Shown: positions 9,236-18,904, counted from the stretch's first letter. The stretch is 64,000 nucleotides of DNA from a virus (IMGVR_UViG_3300042337_000526:1-64000), one strand, 5' to 3'. Notes: generated by a model from the sequence alone, not told the origin. A program made the numbers and translations.

Positions 9236-9418
9236 ATGAACCAAACTCAAAAAGACAAAATACTTGAAGTTATCAAGTTATGTAATCAAAAAATCAAAAA
9301 ACAAAAGGATCATGAATCTTCTGCTGGATATGGAGAAGATTATACTGATGGAAGAATTGTCGGTGGTGCTGCGTTAGCCCGACGAATATTAGAGATATTA
9401 AAAGGATTTGAACTATGA
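9236..9418 (+). CDS. hypothetical protein
   Basis: ORF track. Confidence 0.65.
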   Translation: MNQTQKDKILEVIKLCNQKIKKQKDHESSAGYGEDYTDGRIVGGAALARRILEILKGFEL

Positions 9419-9987
9419 ATCCTCATAGAAAATATAAGAGTTATATGCAAGCATCAGACCTTTTACTAATAACTTTGCCAATTATTCTGATACTATTTGC
9501 TGTATTTGGTCTGAATCCAATTCATAAAAAGAATACGGAGAAACTACCCCAAAACAAACCAATTGATAGACAAAAGATAAGTACCGATAATATTACTGGC
9601 AATGTTGAAAGTATTCATCCTTGGGGACGAACAGAAGTTGTTCCCATGAAAAGCGTAGAGTTAGAATACTTTGAATATTGTGATGAATGGGTTATGTATG
9701 GAGAGGTAGTTCAACCAACTGGACGTAAAGGTTATTTTATGCCGGTAATGAATGGTAGACTTAATTTTAAGGCTAGTAAACATCTTACTCAAACTTGGGT
9801 TGAACATGAAATAATTGATACAATGTCTATAGAAAAACCAGAAACTTTTGAGGAATTTAGAGTAGCAGATATTAGAGCAGAAAAAGGAAAAATTATTAAC
9901 ATTCTATACAAACACTACAGACTTGACAATAACAAAACTTGGAGTATAATAGCCGTTTGGGAGGCAAAGTTTAATGAAAACCTATAA
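9415..9987 (+). CDS. membrane-anchored hypothetical protein
   Basis: N-terminal hydrophobic stretch LLLITLPIILILFAVFGL. Confidence 0.7.
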   Translation: MNPHRKYKSYMQASDLLLITLPIILILFAVFGLNPIHKKNTEKLPQNKPIDRQKISTDNITGNVESIHPWGRTEVVPMKSVELEYFEYCDEWVMYGEVVQPTGRKGYFMPVMNGRLNFKASKHLTQTWVEHEIIDTMSIEKPETFEEFRVADIRAEKGKIINILYKHYRLDNNKTWSIIAVWEAKFNENL

Positions 9988-10258
9988 GAAAAAAACAGTT
10001 AAAGTTCTTGACAAGATTCATTGTGATTGTTGTGGAGAAAATTGCTCCAAAGATATAGACCATGAATATGCTGAACTAAGTGCTACTTGGGGATATTGTT
10101 CCAATCAAGATGGTACTCAATATGATATTCAAATTTGTGAAAATTGTTTTGCTGAAGTATTAAATTACATTAAAGACAAACGACGAAAAGTTTTAGGCCC
10201 ATTTAATTTTCCATATGAAAAAGACCCATTAGAAGGGAAGTGTTATTTTCCATTATGA
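9974..10258 (+). CDS. Zn-finger hypothetical protein
   Basis: CDCC ... ICENC Cys pairs. Confidence 0.7.
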   Translation: MKTYKKKTVKVLDKIHCDCCGENCSKDIDHEYAELSATWGYCSNQDGTQYDIQICENCFAEVLNYIKDKRRKVLGPFNFPYEKDPLEGKCYFPL

Positions 10259-10482
10259 AAGCCACATTTAATTTTGATCTGGATATTCCAGAAGATAAGG
10301 TTCAGTATGACATAATGAACCAAGCACAAAAATCTCAGCGTATGTTGTGGCAATTTAGTCAACAATTACGAGAGTGGGAAAAATATGGTCATCAGTTTAA
10401 TAGTGCTGATAATGCTGTATATAGTATAAGAGAAGAATTCTATAAGATGCTCAACAATTACGAAGTAAATATTGATCTATAA
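10240..10482 (+). CDS. hypothetical protein
   Basis: ORF track; likely start ATG 10255. Confidence 0.65.
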   Translation: MLFSIMKATFNFDLDIPEDKVQYDIMNQAQKSQRMLWQFSQQLREWEKYGHQFNSADNAVYSIREEFYKMLNNYEVNIDL

Positions 10483-11213
10483 TGTTTAAACTACTTAAAA
10501 GAAGTCGAATCAATTACTGGAGTTGTTCAAACTTCGCTAATCTTATTAGAGGCGAAGAAAAACCTTGTGCTTTGCCTTGGGACGAATGGGAAACTTGGCG
10601 ACAAGAATCAGCAAAGAAACATCCTTATCGTTATTGGTTAGCAGAAAAAGGACTGGATTTTTTGCAAGACATTGTGAATCTTCCAATGGATATTTATCAT
10701 ACTATAGAAGTTTATATTCGCAATAGATTCATTGATAAACTTCATTATCTTCGTACAGGATTAAAGCCTGGAGAGTATTATGATCCTGACTATCGTATTC
10801 TTCATGGATTGTTCAATGAGTTGGTTATTTTTGTTGAGAGTGAGCAGGCTCATTTGATGAAAGCATATCCAGAACGAAAATATAAGTTCGTTAAAGGACG
10901 ATGTAAACAAGCGGGTTTGGATTATCTAAACTGGGCAGGTCAATTAAAACTGAATGAAGATTATGGTTTCAATCCAGACGATGAAGATTATAATAAGCCA
11001 ACAGCACAGGCTATAGACTCTCAGAAGATTTTACAACTTTACAATTGGTGGTTGGATAGAGATTATAGGGCTAGTCCATACGATTTGTTTACCAAAGAGA
11101 AAGACGGTAAATATTACTATCGTAAAATTGATGAGATGGAACATAAGTATGATGAAGAAGATACTGAAAAACTAATTGAACTAATTAAGATAAGGAGTTC
11201 GTTGTGGACTTAG
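10482..11213 (+). CDS. conserved phage hypothetical protein
   Basis: 243 aa ORF; TAATG overlap; no function recognised. Confidence 0.75.
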   Translation: MFKLLKRSRINYWSCSNFANLIRGEEKPCALPWDEWETWRQESAKKHPYRYWLAEKGLDFLQDIVNLPMDIYHTIEVYIRNRFIDKLHYLRTGLKPGEYYDPDYRILHGLFNELVIFVESEQAHLMKAYPERKYKFVKGRCKQAGLDYLNWAGQLKLNEDYGFNPDDEDYNKPTAQAIDSQKILQLYNWWLDRDYRASPYDLFTKEKDGKYYYRKIDEMEHKYDEEDTEKLIELIKIRSSLWT

Positions 11214-11575
11214 AACAACATCTGATTAATAATGAACGCATTGTGACTAAATGTAAAACTAGCGACATTTACTCTCAAAATCTTTACGCTGCTCTTTGTA
11301 ACAATCAATTCTTGTATGGAGATAAAGAATGGACTTGCTCATGGAGAATGAGTGGTGGAATAATTGCTGATATTAGAGATCGTGGAGAATCATATTTAGA
11401 TTTTTATTGTTCTGGAATTGGTGGTGAAGAAGGAGATGTTGGAGAAGGTTTTGTTACTGACGAAATTAAACTTGATCTAATGATGATGGGCTGGACAGTA
11501 AGAGATCATGATGAATATATGAATGCAAGTCGTAAACTTTTAAAAGGATTAAATAATGAAGAAGAAAGTTTCTAA
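11204..11575 (+). CDS. conserved phage hypothetical protein
   Basis: YSQNLYAALCNN...CSWR..GGIIA...YLDFYCSG pattern typical of large-phage hypotheticals; start uncertain (GTG). Confidence 0.7.
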   Translation: MDLEQHLINNERIVTKCKTSDIYSQNLYAALCNNQFLYGDKEWTCSWRMSGGIIADIRDRGESYLDFYCSGIGGEEGDVGEGFVTDEIKLDLMMMGWTVRDHDEYMNASRKLLKGLNNEEESF

Positions 11576-11756
11576 AAAGAAAAAACCCGTCAAGCAAAAG
11601 ATTGATGTTGTAATAGAGTCATTAGTTCATCTTGAAAAAAGAGTGAAGGAACTAATAGATGGAGTAAAAGATTTGCATACACAAAGGTATTATCATCCAT
11701 ACAACGCCGAACCCAAAAAATATTGGCCCAACTGGAATCCACCAGAGTATAACTAA
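11556..11756 (+). CDS. hypothetical protein
   Basis: ORF track. Confidence 0.6.
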   Translation: MKKKVSKKKKPVKQKIDVVIESLVHLEKRVKELIDGVKDLHTQRYYHPYNAEPKKYWPNWNPPEYN

Positions 11757-12055
11757 TGACGAGTTTAACAACTGAACAAAAGTTTGCTATCTTTTGGTGT
11801 TTCAATAACGCTATGAAATATATGGAAATTGATGAATATGATTCTGACAAAAATATGGTTGTAAACGGAATCAATATTAATGAAACTATTGCAGAATTAC
11901 TAAAGGACAGATTATTTGTATGAGTATTGATATTAATAAAAATGAAGCATGGAAGATACTGGATGCTCTAGCATCCTATAAAAAAGACTACGCATTAAGT
12001 GGGGCGGTTGTTAAAATAATCGACTCTGCTATTAAGAAAATGAAGGATTTTGTAA

Positions 12056-12253
12056 ATGAAAATTAATAACAATACCCATATAACTATGAGCGAGGAAGAT
12101 GTTAAGGATGCTATTATAAAATATCTTTATCAAAACCAAGGAGTGAGCGGAATATTCAATGTACAATTTAAGTTAGGTTACGCAACAAATGGACTTGGTA
12201 CAGAGTGTTCTTTTGATGGAGCAGAAATAATGGTGGATCTAAATGAAAAATGA
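12056..12253 (+). CDS. hypothetical protein
   Basis: ORF track; AAGGA SD. Confidence 0.65.
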   Translation: MKINNNTHITMSEEDVKDAIIKYLYQNQGVSGIFNVQFKLGYATNGLGTECSFDGAEIMVDLNEK

Positions 12254-12473
12254 AACAATCAACTTTATCCTAATCTGTGTAGCATATTTCTCTATAGGAT
12301 TAATACTGGCAGGGAATTATGTTCAAGATAAAACATTAAAAATCACACAGGATACTCTGGAAACTCTTATTAAAATTGAAATGGTAACTGAAAAACAGTT
12401 TAGTAATTTACAAGATAGAGTAAAGGAATTAGAAGATGATGGCTCAAGAAGAATCGCCAATATTAGGAAGTAG
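12243..12473 (+). CDS. membrane-anchored coiled-coil protein
   Basis: N-terminal TM-like segment FILICVAYFSIGLILAG. Confidence 0.65.
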   Translation: MKNETINFILICVAYFSIGLILAGNYVQDKTLKITQDTLETLIKIEMVTEKQFSNLQDRVKELEDDGSRRIANIRK

Positions 12474-12535
12474 TATAAATGATGGAGTTAATGCTCCTTT
12501 TGCTGATTTGTATTTATTAGATTTTCCGGAGTGGT

Positions 12536-12757
12536 ATGATGTCGAATAAAATTTCATTTAAAGATTTTCTACAACTTGCTGACGATACTTATAATCATTA
12601 CTCTTTTGAGTTAAGATATGGTCAAACTATTATGAATACTCTATATAGTGTCTGGCCTGAAAAATACAAAGAATTAGTAGCAAGCAAAGAAGATTGTTTT
12701 TATGATGACAGTATGGTTAAGTTAACGCTAGATAAGTTAGAAAAAGCATGGACATAG
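12536..12757 (+). CDS. conserved phage hypothetical protein
   Basis: LRYGQTIMNTL...DCFYDD pattern. Confidence 0.7.
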   Translation: MMSNKISFKDFLQLADDTYNHYSFELRYGQTIMNTLYSVWPEKYKELVASKEDCFYDDSMVKLTLDKLEKAWT

Positions 12758-12939
12758 ACGATTATATTAATTCTCTGATAAAGGATAATGAGAACTTAAA
12801 AAATACTGTTGAGTCTCTTAAAAATGAAATAAGAACTCAACGAAAAGAAATTGCTGTTCTTAGAGAAGAAAGGAGGCTTATTCTAGACAAAGATAAAGGA
12901 CCGAATGTTATAACATGGAAAGAAAATAATAACGATTAA
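12748..12939 (+). CDS. coiled-coil hypothetical protein
   Basis: heptad-like sequence; ORF track. Confidence 0.6.
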   Translation: MDIDDYINSLIKDNENLKNTVESLKNEIRTQRKEIAVLREERRLILDKDKGPNVITWKENNND

Positions 12940-12956
12940 TTTCAAGGAGGAAAAAT

Positions 12957-13301
12957 ATGAAAAAGCTTATTTTAGGACTAATGTTTGCAGGATTGATCGC
13001 TGGAGTTTGTGAGGCACGACCAAGATACTATTCTAATAATGGTAATAAGGTTTATTCTTACACAAATAACTCATCTGGAAATAACTCAACAGCACAAGGT
13101 GTTGCGGAAATTATGGCATCAAGAGGAACTGTGGGTCATTTTGGTGGAAATTCTGGTTATGAAGGATGTGGTAGCGGATTTTCTCAGCAACAAGCATATG
13201 GGAATTGCTGTTTCGCTAATAGTGGCATGACAACAGTAGATGTTGGTTATGCTCAAGGCAAAGATGGAAGATGGTATTGTTGCCGACGATATTCTAGGTA
13301 A
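12957..13301 (+). CDS. secreted Cys/Gly-rich protein, possible minimal CAP-like domain
   Basis: signal peptide MKKLILGLMFAGLIAGVCEA; GH.GG..YEGCG...CC...G.DGRWYCC.RY; strong AAGGAGG SD. Confidence 0.6.
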   Translation: MKKLILGLMFAGLIAGVCEARPRYYSNNGNKVYSYTNNSSGNNSTAQGVAEIMASRGTVGHFGGNSGYEGCGSGFSQQQAYGNCCFANSGMTTVDVGYAQGKDGRWYCCRRYSR

Positions 13302-13339
13302 TTTGTACTATCTAATCTATCAAGATTGATTTGACTAAG

Positions 13340-13370
13340 GGGGGCTGCGGAGCATTTTTCCGTAGCCCCC
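13340..13370 (+). terminator. strong GC hairpin (terminator or 3' stabilising stem)
   Basis: GGGGGCTGCGGA / TCCGTAGCCCCC 12-bp stem directly before next promoter; no clear U-tract. Confidence 0.55.
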
Positions 13371-13377
13371 TAAAGTC

Positions 13378-13406
13378 TTGACAACGGATTGTCGATATGG
13401 TATACT
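13378..13406 (+). promoter_or_regulatory. sigma70-type promoter
   Basis: TTGACA-17nt (with CGAT)-TATACT, TGG extended -10. Confidence 0.8.
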
Positions 13407-13430
13407 AAAGAGAACCATTGGAGATAATGT

Positions 13431-13706
13431 ATGAATACTATTGAGGCAATTTGGACGATTCAAAGTAGTTTGGTTGAAAAAGACAACACCATTAAGAATA
13501 TGGAAGAAAGAAATTCTGCTCTAACAAAAGTTGTGGCTGCTGTTAGATCAAATTTGGAACGTGCTATCAAGGGACATATTCCTCTTAATCAAGCAGTATA
13601 CGACTCTGTTGACCTTTGCAGAGCAAACTTTAAATACATGGACTACAGTTCGGGTCAGATTAAACAAGACCCGCCACTGACCGAATCGGATAAGATTTTA
13701 AAATGA
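13431..13706 (+). CDS. hypothetical protein
   Basis: ORF track; GGAGA SD. Confidence 0.7.
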   Translation: MNTIEAIWTIQSSLVEKDNTIKNMEERNSALTKVVAAVRSNLERAIKGHIPLNQAVYDSVDLCRANFKYMDYSSGQIKQDPPLTESDKILK

Positions 13707-13906
13707 AGAATAATGACCAATTAAAACAATTTATCAGTGAAATAGGATTTGATAGAACACTTCAGTGTTTGATTGAAGTGCTTGATGATTCTATACATAA
13801 TGAGAATATTATTCCTTTATGGAAACTAAAGGTTGTCGAGTATCTGGAGCAGGCTTATGATGGGTACATGAACCCTGACAACGACCCATCATACGAAAAT
13901 GCTTAA
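13703..13906 (+). CDS. hypothetical protein
   Basis: ORF track; overlap. Confidence 0.65.
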   Translation: MKNNDQLKQFISEIGFDRTLQCLIEVLDDSIHNENIIPLWKLKVVEYLEQAYDGYMNPDNDPSYENA

Positions 13907-14507
13907 AATAAAAAGTCAACCATATAACAGCGTCTGGATAAGTGCCGATTCTCAAGAAGAATTGGGGCGAACTTTTATTCGTTTCCAAGAATATTATGAA
14001 AGTCCCAACCCGGATTTTAGAGGTAAAATATTCACATTAGGAATGGTACGACAGTGGTATTCTGTTCAATATGGTGCTGATACTTATCATCATGATTGGA
14101 CAGGATTTAACTTTCCAAGTAGAATATTGCTTCCATTTAAGCAAGGACTATTTGATCCGTTAACTAGTGAAGAAATCGAGTTGTTAAATCTGTTTAAATA
14201 TCGACATGATAACTTTTACATTATGGGCGCTCAAAATAACGCTACTTTAAGACATGAATTATCTCATGCTCTTTATGATTCTAATGAAAAATATAGGAAC
14301 GAGATTGATTCTTACATTAAAAAGAATAAAAGAGGACTAGCAAAAACAAGAAAGTATATTCTTGATAAAGGATACGCTGAAGAAGTCATAAATGATGAGT
14401 TGCAGGCTTATATTACAGATAATGATGATCAAACTATTATAACCAATACTGATCCTAATATTATTTTAGGCATAAATAAAATATACAAGAAATATAGGAA
14501 GTCATAA
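13899..14507 (+). CDS. putative zincin-like metallopeptidase
   Basis: LRHELSHA (HExxH) followed by DELQAY third-ligand-like motif. Confidence 0.55.
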   Translation: MLKIKSQPYNSVWISADSQEELGRTFIRFQEYYESPNPDFRGKIFTLGMVRQWYSVQYGADTYHHDWTGFNFPSRILLPFKQGLFDPLTSEEIELLNLFKYRHDNFYIMGAQNNATLRHELSHALYDSNEKYRNEIDSYIKKNKRGLAKTRKYILDKGYAEEVINDELQAYITDNDDQTIITNTDPNIILGINKIYKKYRKS

Positions 14508-14692
14508 TGATTGAAGATGAGGACTTTAGTGATGAAGAAAAAAGTTACCATGAATGGGTAAGTAAGAATCTCTCCTTTATCAGTCAAAATAAACAAAGTG
14601 TTAATGTTATGAAAAGATTATATTTGGAAGGTTTTGCTGCCGGATGGCAATACCGAAAAGAATATGACGCAAGAGAATGGCTACAAAAATGA
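14507..14692 (+). CDS. hypothetical protein
   Basis: ORF track; TAATG overlap. Confidence 0.65.
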   Translation: MIEDEDFSDEEKSYHEWVSKNLSFISQNKQSVNVMKRLYLEGFAAGWQYRKEYDAREWLQK

Positions 14693-15000
14693 GTCCAAAT
14701 TATGATCCTGACTGGAATCCAGATGACTATGATATGACTCTTAAATATGAGCCAATGGATCAATCTAAAATTTCTTTTATCCTAGCGATGTATCAAAAGG
14801 AACCAGTATTAGACTATATCAAACAGTTATGGAAACTTATTGATTATCAAAAACAAGAAATTTGGAAACAAAGAAAAGAAATTATCTCAGTCAAGCATAA
14901 AATAGCATGGAAACATTATGACAAAGAAATAGACTATGCTGATCCTGTAAATAGAGTCAATACTAATAAACCAAAACGTACAGATGAAATGGGTTGCTAA
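14677..15000 (+). CDS. hypothetical protein
   Basis: ORF track. Confidence 0.65.
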   Translation: MATKMSPNYDPDWNPDDYDMTLKYEPMDQSKISFILAMYQKEPVLDYIKQLWKLIDYQKQEIWKQRKEIISVKHKIAWKHYDKEIDYADPVNRVNTNKPKRTDEMGC

Positions 15001-15255
15001 ATGTTTAAGATTACAGAAGTAAAAAGTTGGGCTAAAACTTGGGGTTATTCTATCATTAAAGAGAAAGATGATAGTGTTAATGGTGCTAGTTATTACTGGT
15101 GCAAAAACGACGATCCAAATGCTACAGGAGTTGCTCTTAGTGTGAGTAAAGTTGCAACCGCTATTTATAATCATATGACTAATGATAAATATGTAGAACA
15201 TCAAAAACAATATCAAGAGAAAAAAGATGATACAAAATTCTCAACAGCAGAATAA
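15001..15255 (+). CDS. hypothetical protein
   Basis: ORF track; abuts previous stop. Confidence 0.7.
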   Translation: MFKITEVKSWAKTWGYSIIKEKDDSVNGASYYWCKNDDPNATGVALSVSKVATAIYNHMTNDKYVEHQKQYQEKKDDTKFSTAE

Positions 15256-15406
15256 TGATATTGAAAATCAATGTTTAGTACCAGTTGTTGTTACTGCTCC
15301 TATAATAAATGGTATAATTGGTGGAATATCCAGTGTAATTACTGCTTATTTTTTTAAGCCAGTATGGGAAAAAATAACAAAATTATGGAAAAATAAGGAT
15401 AAATAA

Positions 15407-16048
15407 ATGAGTCAAGTAAAATTAGTTAGTGTTACTCCAGATGCTGAAAAATTAATGGCCTATTGTGCGAGAGTAAGTAATCCGAATAATCAAAACAACG
15501 ATAACTATGCTAAACTTTTAAAGTATTGTATTGATCATAAGCATTTTTCCATATTCGAGCAAAGTTTTATGACTGTGGAAATTAATACAACTAGAGGTCT
15601 TGCTGCCCAAATTCTACGACATAGATCGTTCACTTTTCAGGAGTTTAGTCAACGATATGCAGATGCGACATTATTGAGTGAAGAAATTCCATTATTTGAA
15701 CTTCGTCGCCAAGACAATAAGAACAGACAGAATAGTATTGATGATATTGATCATGAAATAGTAGTTAAGTGGAATACTCAAATAAGAGAACATTTTTCAA
15801 AAGCAAAAGCGATATATGATAGCATGATTAAAGACGGGGTGGCTAAAGAGTGTGCCAGATTTATACTGCCATTAGCAACTCCAACAAGACTTTATATGAG
15901 CGGAACAGTTCGTTCGTGGCTACATTATATTGAATTACGTTCTGGTCATGGTACTCAAAAAGAACATATGATTATTGCTAATGAATGTAAGAAAATTTTT
16001 GTTGAACAATTTCCTACTATTGGAGAGGCATTAGGATGGACACTTTGA
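15407..16048 (+). CDS. thyX: FAD-dependent thymidylate synthase
   Basis: RHRSFTFQEFSQRY ThyX signature; H.SIFE, ECARFILP, TQKEH motifs. Confidence 0.95.
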   Translation: MSQVKLVSVTPDAEKLMAYCARVSNPNNQNNDNYAKLLKYCIDHKHFSIFEQSFMTVEINTTRGLAAQILRHRSFTFQEFSQRYADATLLSEEIPLFELRRQDNKNRQNSIDDIDHEIVVKWNTQIREHFSKAKAIYDSMIKDGVAKECARFILPLATPTRLYMSGTVRSWLHYIELRSGHGTQKEHMIIANECKKIFVEQFPTIGEALGWTL

Positions 16049-16566
16049 CCATTAATATTACTCCAGAGATTTATCAAGAAGCAGAACAACGTAATCTGTC
16101 TTATAAAAACAAATATGGAAATACTGGCACTCATAGATTAAACAAAGATCGTCAAAGAATGACGGGGTATCTAGCAGAAGCCAGTATTAGATCGTATTTT
16201 CCTCAACTAAATTATAGCGATAATGATAATGTAGATTTCATAATTGATTCAATAACAATTGATTCAAAAGCACAAGGATGTAATACGAAACCATTAGATA
16301 ATTATGTTGGAACACTTTATGAAGAACAAAAAGCAAGAGATGTAGATTATTATGTTTTTAGTAGAATAAAAAATGATTTTACCATCGCATGGATATGTGG
16401 GGCTATTTCAAAAAAAGACTTTTTCGATCTTTCGACCTTAGTAAAGGCTGGAACGACCAATAATAATTTTACATACGATCAAAGTAGGTATGAGATACAA
16501 TATAATAAATTAATAGATATCAAGTCATTTCTTAACCAGATTGGATCATATAATGAAACTGTTTAA
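16036..16566 (+). CDS. PD-(D/E)XK restriction-endonuclease-like protein
   Basis: GYLAE ... VDF ... IDSK catalytic-like pattern, DYYVF, WICGAI; overlaps thyX 3' end. Confidence 0.5.
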   Translation: MDTLTINITPEIYQEAEQRNLSYKNKYGNTGTHRLNKDRQRMTGYLAEASIRSYFPQLNYSDNDNVDFIIDSITIDSKAQGCNTKPLDNYVGTLYEEQKARDVDYYVFSRIKNDFTIAWICGAISKKDFFDLSTLVKAGTTNNNFTYDQSRYEIQYNKLIDIKSFLNQIGSYNETV

Positions 16567-16747
16567 TATTACTGCTCAGGTTTATAAGAATAATGATCTT
16601 TCAAAACAGAATCTATTAATAAATGAGGTTCACGATGGCTTGTCCTCTGAAGAAGCATTAAATAATTTTAAGCTTCATTTTCCTTCCATAGAATACTCTT
16701 TAGTAAAAATCCTATCTGTTGAACAAATTTCTAAAGTTTTTGCTTGA
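16541..16747 (+). CDS. hypothetical protein
   Basis: ORF track; likely start about 16553. Confidence 0.6.
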   Translation: MDHIMKLFNITAQVYKNNDLSKQNLLINEVHDGLSSEEALNNFKLHFPSIEYSLVKILSVEQISKVFA

Positions 16748-16772
16748 CTGTAGCCGATGCTTGTGGTATGCT
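16744..16772 (+). promoter_or_regulatory. sigma70-type early promoter with CCGAT spacer motif
   Basis: TTGACT-GTAGCCGATGCTTGTGG-TATGCT. Confidence 0.8.
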
Positions 16773-16791
16773 GGTCAAAAACGAGGAAACT

Positions 16792-17703
16792 ATGCGTTAC
16801 GGATTGTGTTGTATTTCGCTCAAACTTAAAGAGCAGGGTATTGGTCATCAGACCATGACTTTTAAACGCTTCAATTCTCTGCCGCGAGAAGAAGCCATAG
16901 CAATACTTGGAGATAGGATTCTTAATAATCTTATTACTACTCGTAAAACTATTGAGTTTTGCGGACAAAGTGACTATGTTTATCGTGTTAGTAGCGATAT
17001 TTTTCCTCTCATTACTTATGATGAGGCTAATGTAAGTTTGGAAGATTTGCCAAACCATGATGAAATTCAAGATGAGTTTGATAATATTGCACAAAGCATT
17101 ATTGATAGTAATGTAAGAGTTTCTGCACATCCTTCTGAATTTAACAGTTTGTCTAGTTTGACTCCTAGAGTTGTTGAAAAGACTATTACAGAATTGAATT
17201 TCTATAGTAGTTTTTTTGACAGAATCGGACTGCCAGCAGATACTAATTCACCAATGAATCTTCATGTTCATAATAATAACGGAACCAGAGAAGAAATCTC
17301 TCGTCGTTTTTACGAAAACTTTAAGCGTCTTGATGAAAATTGTCAGACACGACTTACTATTGAAAATGATGATAAACTTAATTGCTGGAGCGTGAAAGAA
17401 CTGGTTGATATTTTTCATCCTATTACTCGCATCCCAATCTGTTTCGATTATCTGCATCATAAGTGTCATCCTAATAATTTGACAGAGTGTGAGGCTATTA
17501 ATATGTGCTTTGACACTTGGCAAACTCGTCCATTATTTCATTATAGTGAGAGTAGGCTTGGAAATAATCCAAGGGCTCATTCTGATTATTCAGAAAATGC
17601 TTTTAATACTTACGGACTAGAATTTGATGTGGACATGGAACTAAAAGCAAAAGACTTGGCTATAGAAAATCATATAGAAATTACTAAAGGGGTTGCAGTA
17701 TGA
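16792..17703 (+). CDS. uvsE: UV damage endonuclease (UvsE/UVDE)
   Basis: YGLCC, YRVSSDIFP, SAHPSEF, ENDDK, DYLHH, HYSES, AHSDY, ELKAKD motifs; ATG 16792 with GAGG SD. Confidence 0.92.
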   Translation: MRYGLCCISLKLKEQGIGHQTMTFKRFNSLPREEAIAILGDRILNNLITTRKTIEFCGQSDYVYRVSSDIFPLITYDEANVSLEDLPNHDEIQDEFDNIAQSIIDSNVRVSAHPSEFNSLSSLTPRVVEKTITELNFYSSFFDRIGLPADTNSPMNLHVHNNNGTREEISRRFYENFKRLDENCQTRLTIENDDKLNCWSVKELVDIFHPITRIPICFDYLHHKCHPNNLTECEAINMCFDTWQTRPLFHYSESRLGNNPRAHSDYSENAFNTYGLEFDVDMELKAKDLAIENHIEITKGVAV

Positions 17704-17849
17704 GTCATAATTTAATTTTAATCACAGGACTAATTTATATCTGGGTGGCTTTTGAGCAAGGAATCTTGCACAAGAACTATGGTATGCTTATTACATATAT
17801 TGGCTATGCTTTTGCAAATATCGGCTTATATATGTTAGCATCAAAATAA
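17700..17849 (+). CDS. small membrane protein (49 aa)
   Basis: hand-translated MSHNLILITGLIYIWVAFEQ...YAFANIGLYMLASK; below ORF-track cutoff. Confidence 0.65.
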   Translation: MSHNLILITGLIYIWVAFEQGILHKNYGMLITYIGYAFANIGLYMLASK

Positions 17850-17859
17850 GGACAAAACA

Positions 17860-18060
17860 ATGAAAGAACCAGTAAGAATAAAACTAACAGACTCCCCAGA
17901 AAATAAAAAAGTTAATCTAACTCCTTTACCTTCATTAGAAGATAAATATTTTGACAGAATGGATGATGATGTTTACATAAAACCATTGGAAATATATGAA
18001 GATAATCAACAAAACAATACGCAAAGCATATCAAAATTGGAATCCGAATCGTCTGATTAG
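17860..18060 (+). CDS. hypothetical protein
   Basis: ORF track; AAGGA SD. Confidence 0.55.
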   Translation: MKEPVRIKLTDSPENKKVNLTPLPSLEDKYFDRMDDDVYIKPLEIYEDNQQNNTQSISKLESESSD

Positions 18061-18454
18061 ATGCTACCACTATGCTGCCGCATTTGATGGAACCAAACTA
18101 ATTTGTTTCACCCAAAACAACCCGATTAAGACTCATACTGGTGCTTATAGAATCGGTGAAGATTTTAATCTGGAAAAATATAAGGAGTTCCCATATTATC
18201 ATTCTGAATCTCGTCTTATTTCTAAACTTTTGGATAAGTATAATACCATTGATTCTAATTGGTCAATTGTTGTATTGCGTATCAACCGAAAGGGACTTAT
18301 TTTAGGAAGTAAACCTTGTAAAAATTGTGATAAACTTCTTAATGCTGTAGGATTGAATAGTGTCTATTATAGTACCGACGATGGGAATTTTATTGACAGT
18401 GTTGGAAATTTGATTGAAGGCAACGAGTTGACAATGCCGATGGTTATGGTATAA
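17996..18454 (+). CDS. cytidine/dCMP deaminase-like Zn protein
   Basis: HSE ... SKPCKNC (HxE/PCxxC); ending ...VYYST. Confidence 0.75.
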   Translation: MKIINKTIRKAYQNWNPNRLIRCYHYAAAFDGTKLICFTQNNPIKTHTGAYRIGEDFNLEKYKEFPYYHSESRLISKLLDKYNTIDSNWSIVVLRINRKGLILGSKPCKNCDKLLNAVGLNSVYYSTDDGNFIDSVGNLIEGNELTMPMVMV

Positions 18455-18455
18455 T
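18428..18455 (+). promoter_or_regulatory. sigma70-type early promoter with CCGAT spacer motif
   Basis: TTGACA-ATGCCGATGGTTATGG-TATAAT. Confidence 0.85.
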
Positions 18456-18475
18456 CCGCTATACGGAGGCTACCT

Positions 18476-18694
18476 ATGAATTGTATTTATTGTCAAGAAA
18501 ATGTTGGATTTGATCGCTACGAGTTTCTGGTTGAAACTGGTCGCAAAATGATTTGCAAGGATTGTAGTGTAGAAAATCGTGCTGTGGGATTTATGGATTG
18601 GGGACATAAAACTGCACCTAGTCTTGTTATGGTTCCCGCTAATGCTACACAAACTATTCGTAAACTTGATCGTGCCAACAGGAGAGCAAGATGA
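18476..18694 (+). CDS. DksA/TraR-like C4 zinc-finger protein
   Basis: CIYC-x-DRYEFL-x-CKDC resembles the C4 finger (CxxC..I..ERL..CxxC); GGAGG SD. Confidence 0.5.
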   Translation: MNCIYCQENVGFDRYEFLVETGRKMICKDCSVENRAVGFMDWGHKTAPSLVMVPANATQTIRKLDRANRRAR

Positions 18695-18903
18695 AAAATA
18701 ATATGACTTGGTTACAACTGTATAACTTTCTTTATGAACGAGCAAACGATATTAATAATCCCGGCAGTTTTCCTTGGCAAGAAAATGTGCAAGTATTTGA
18801 TTTTGAAACTCTAGAATATTATCCTACTGATTTTATTCAAATGCCGGATAATAAAATTTCTTTGAGTATTGATACTTCTAACACAAATATGGAGACTGTT
18901 TAA
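18691..18903 (+). CDS. hypothetical protein
   Basis: ORF track; ATGA overlap. Confidence 0.7.
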   Translation: MKNNMTWLQLYNFLYERANDINNPGSFPWQENVQVFDFETLEYYPTDFIQMPDNKISLSIDTSNTNMETV

Positions 18904-18904
18904 A

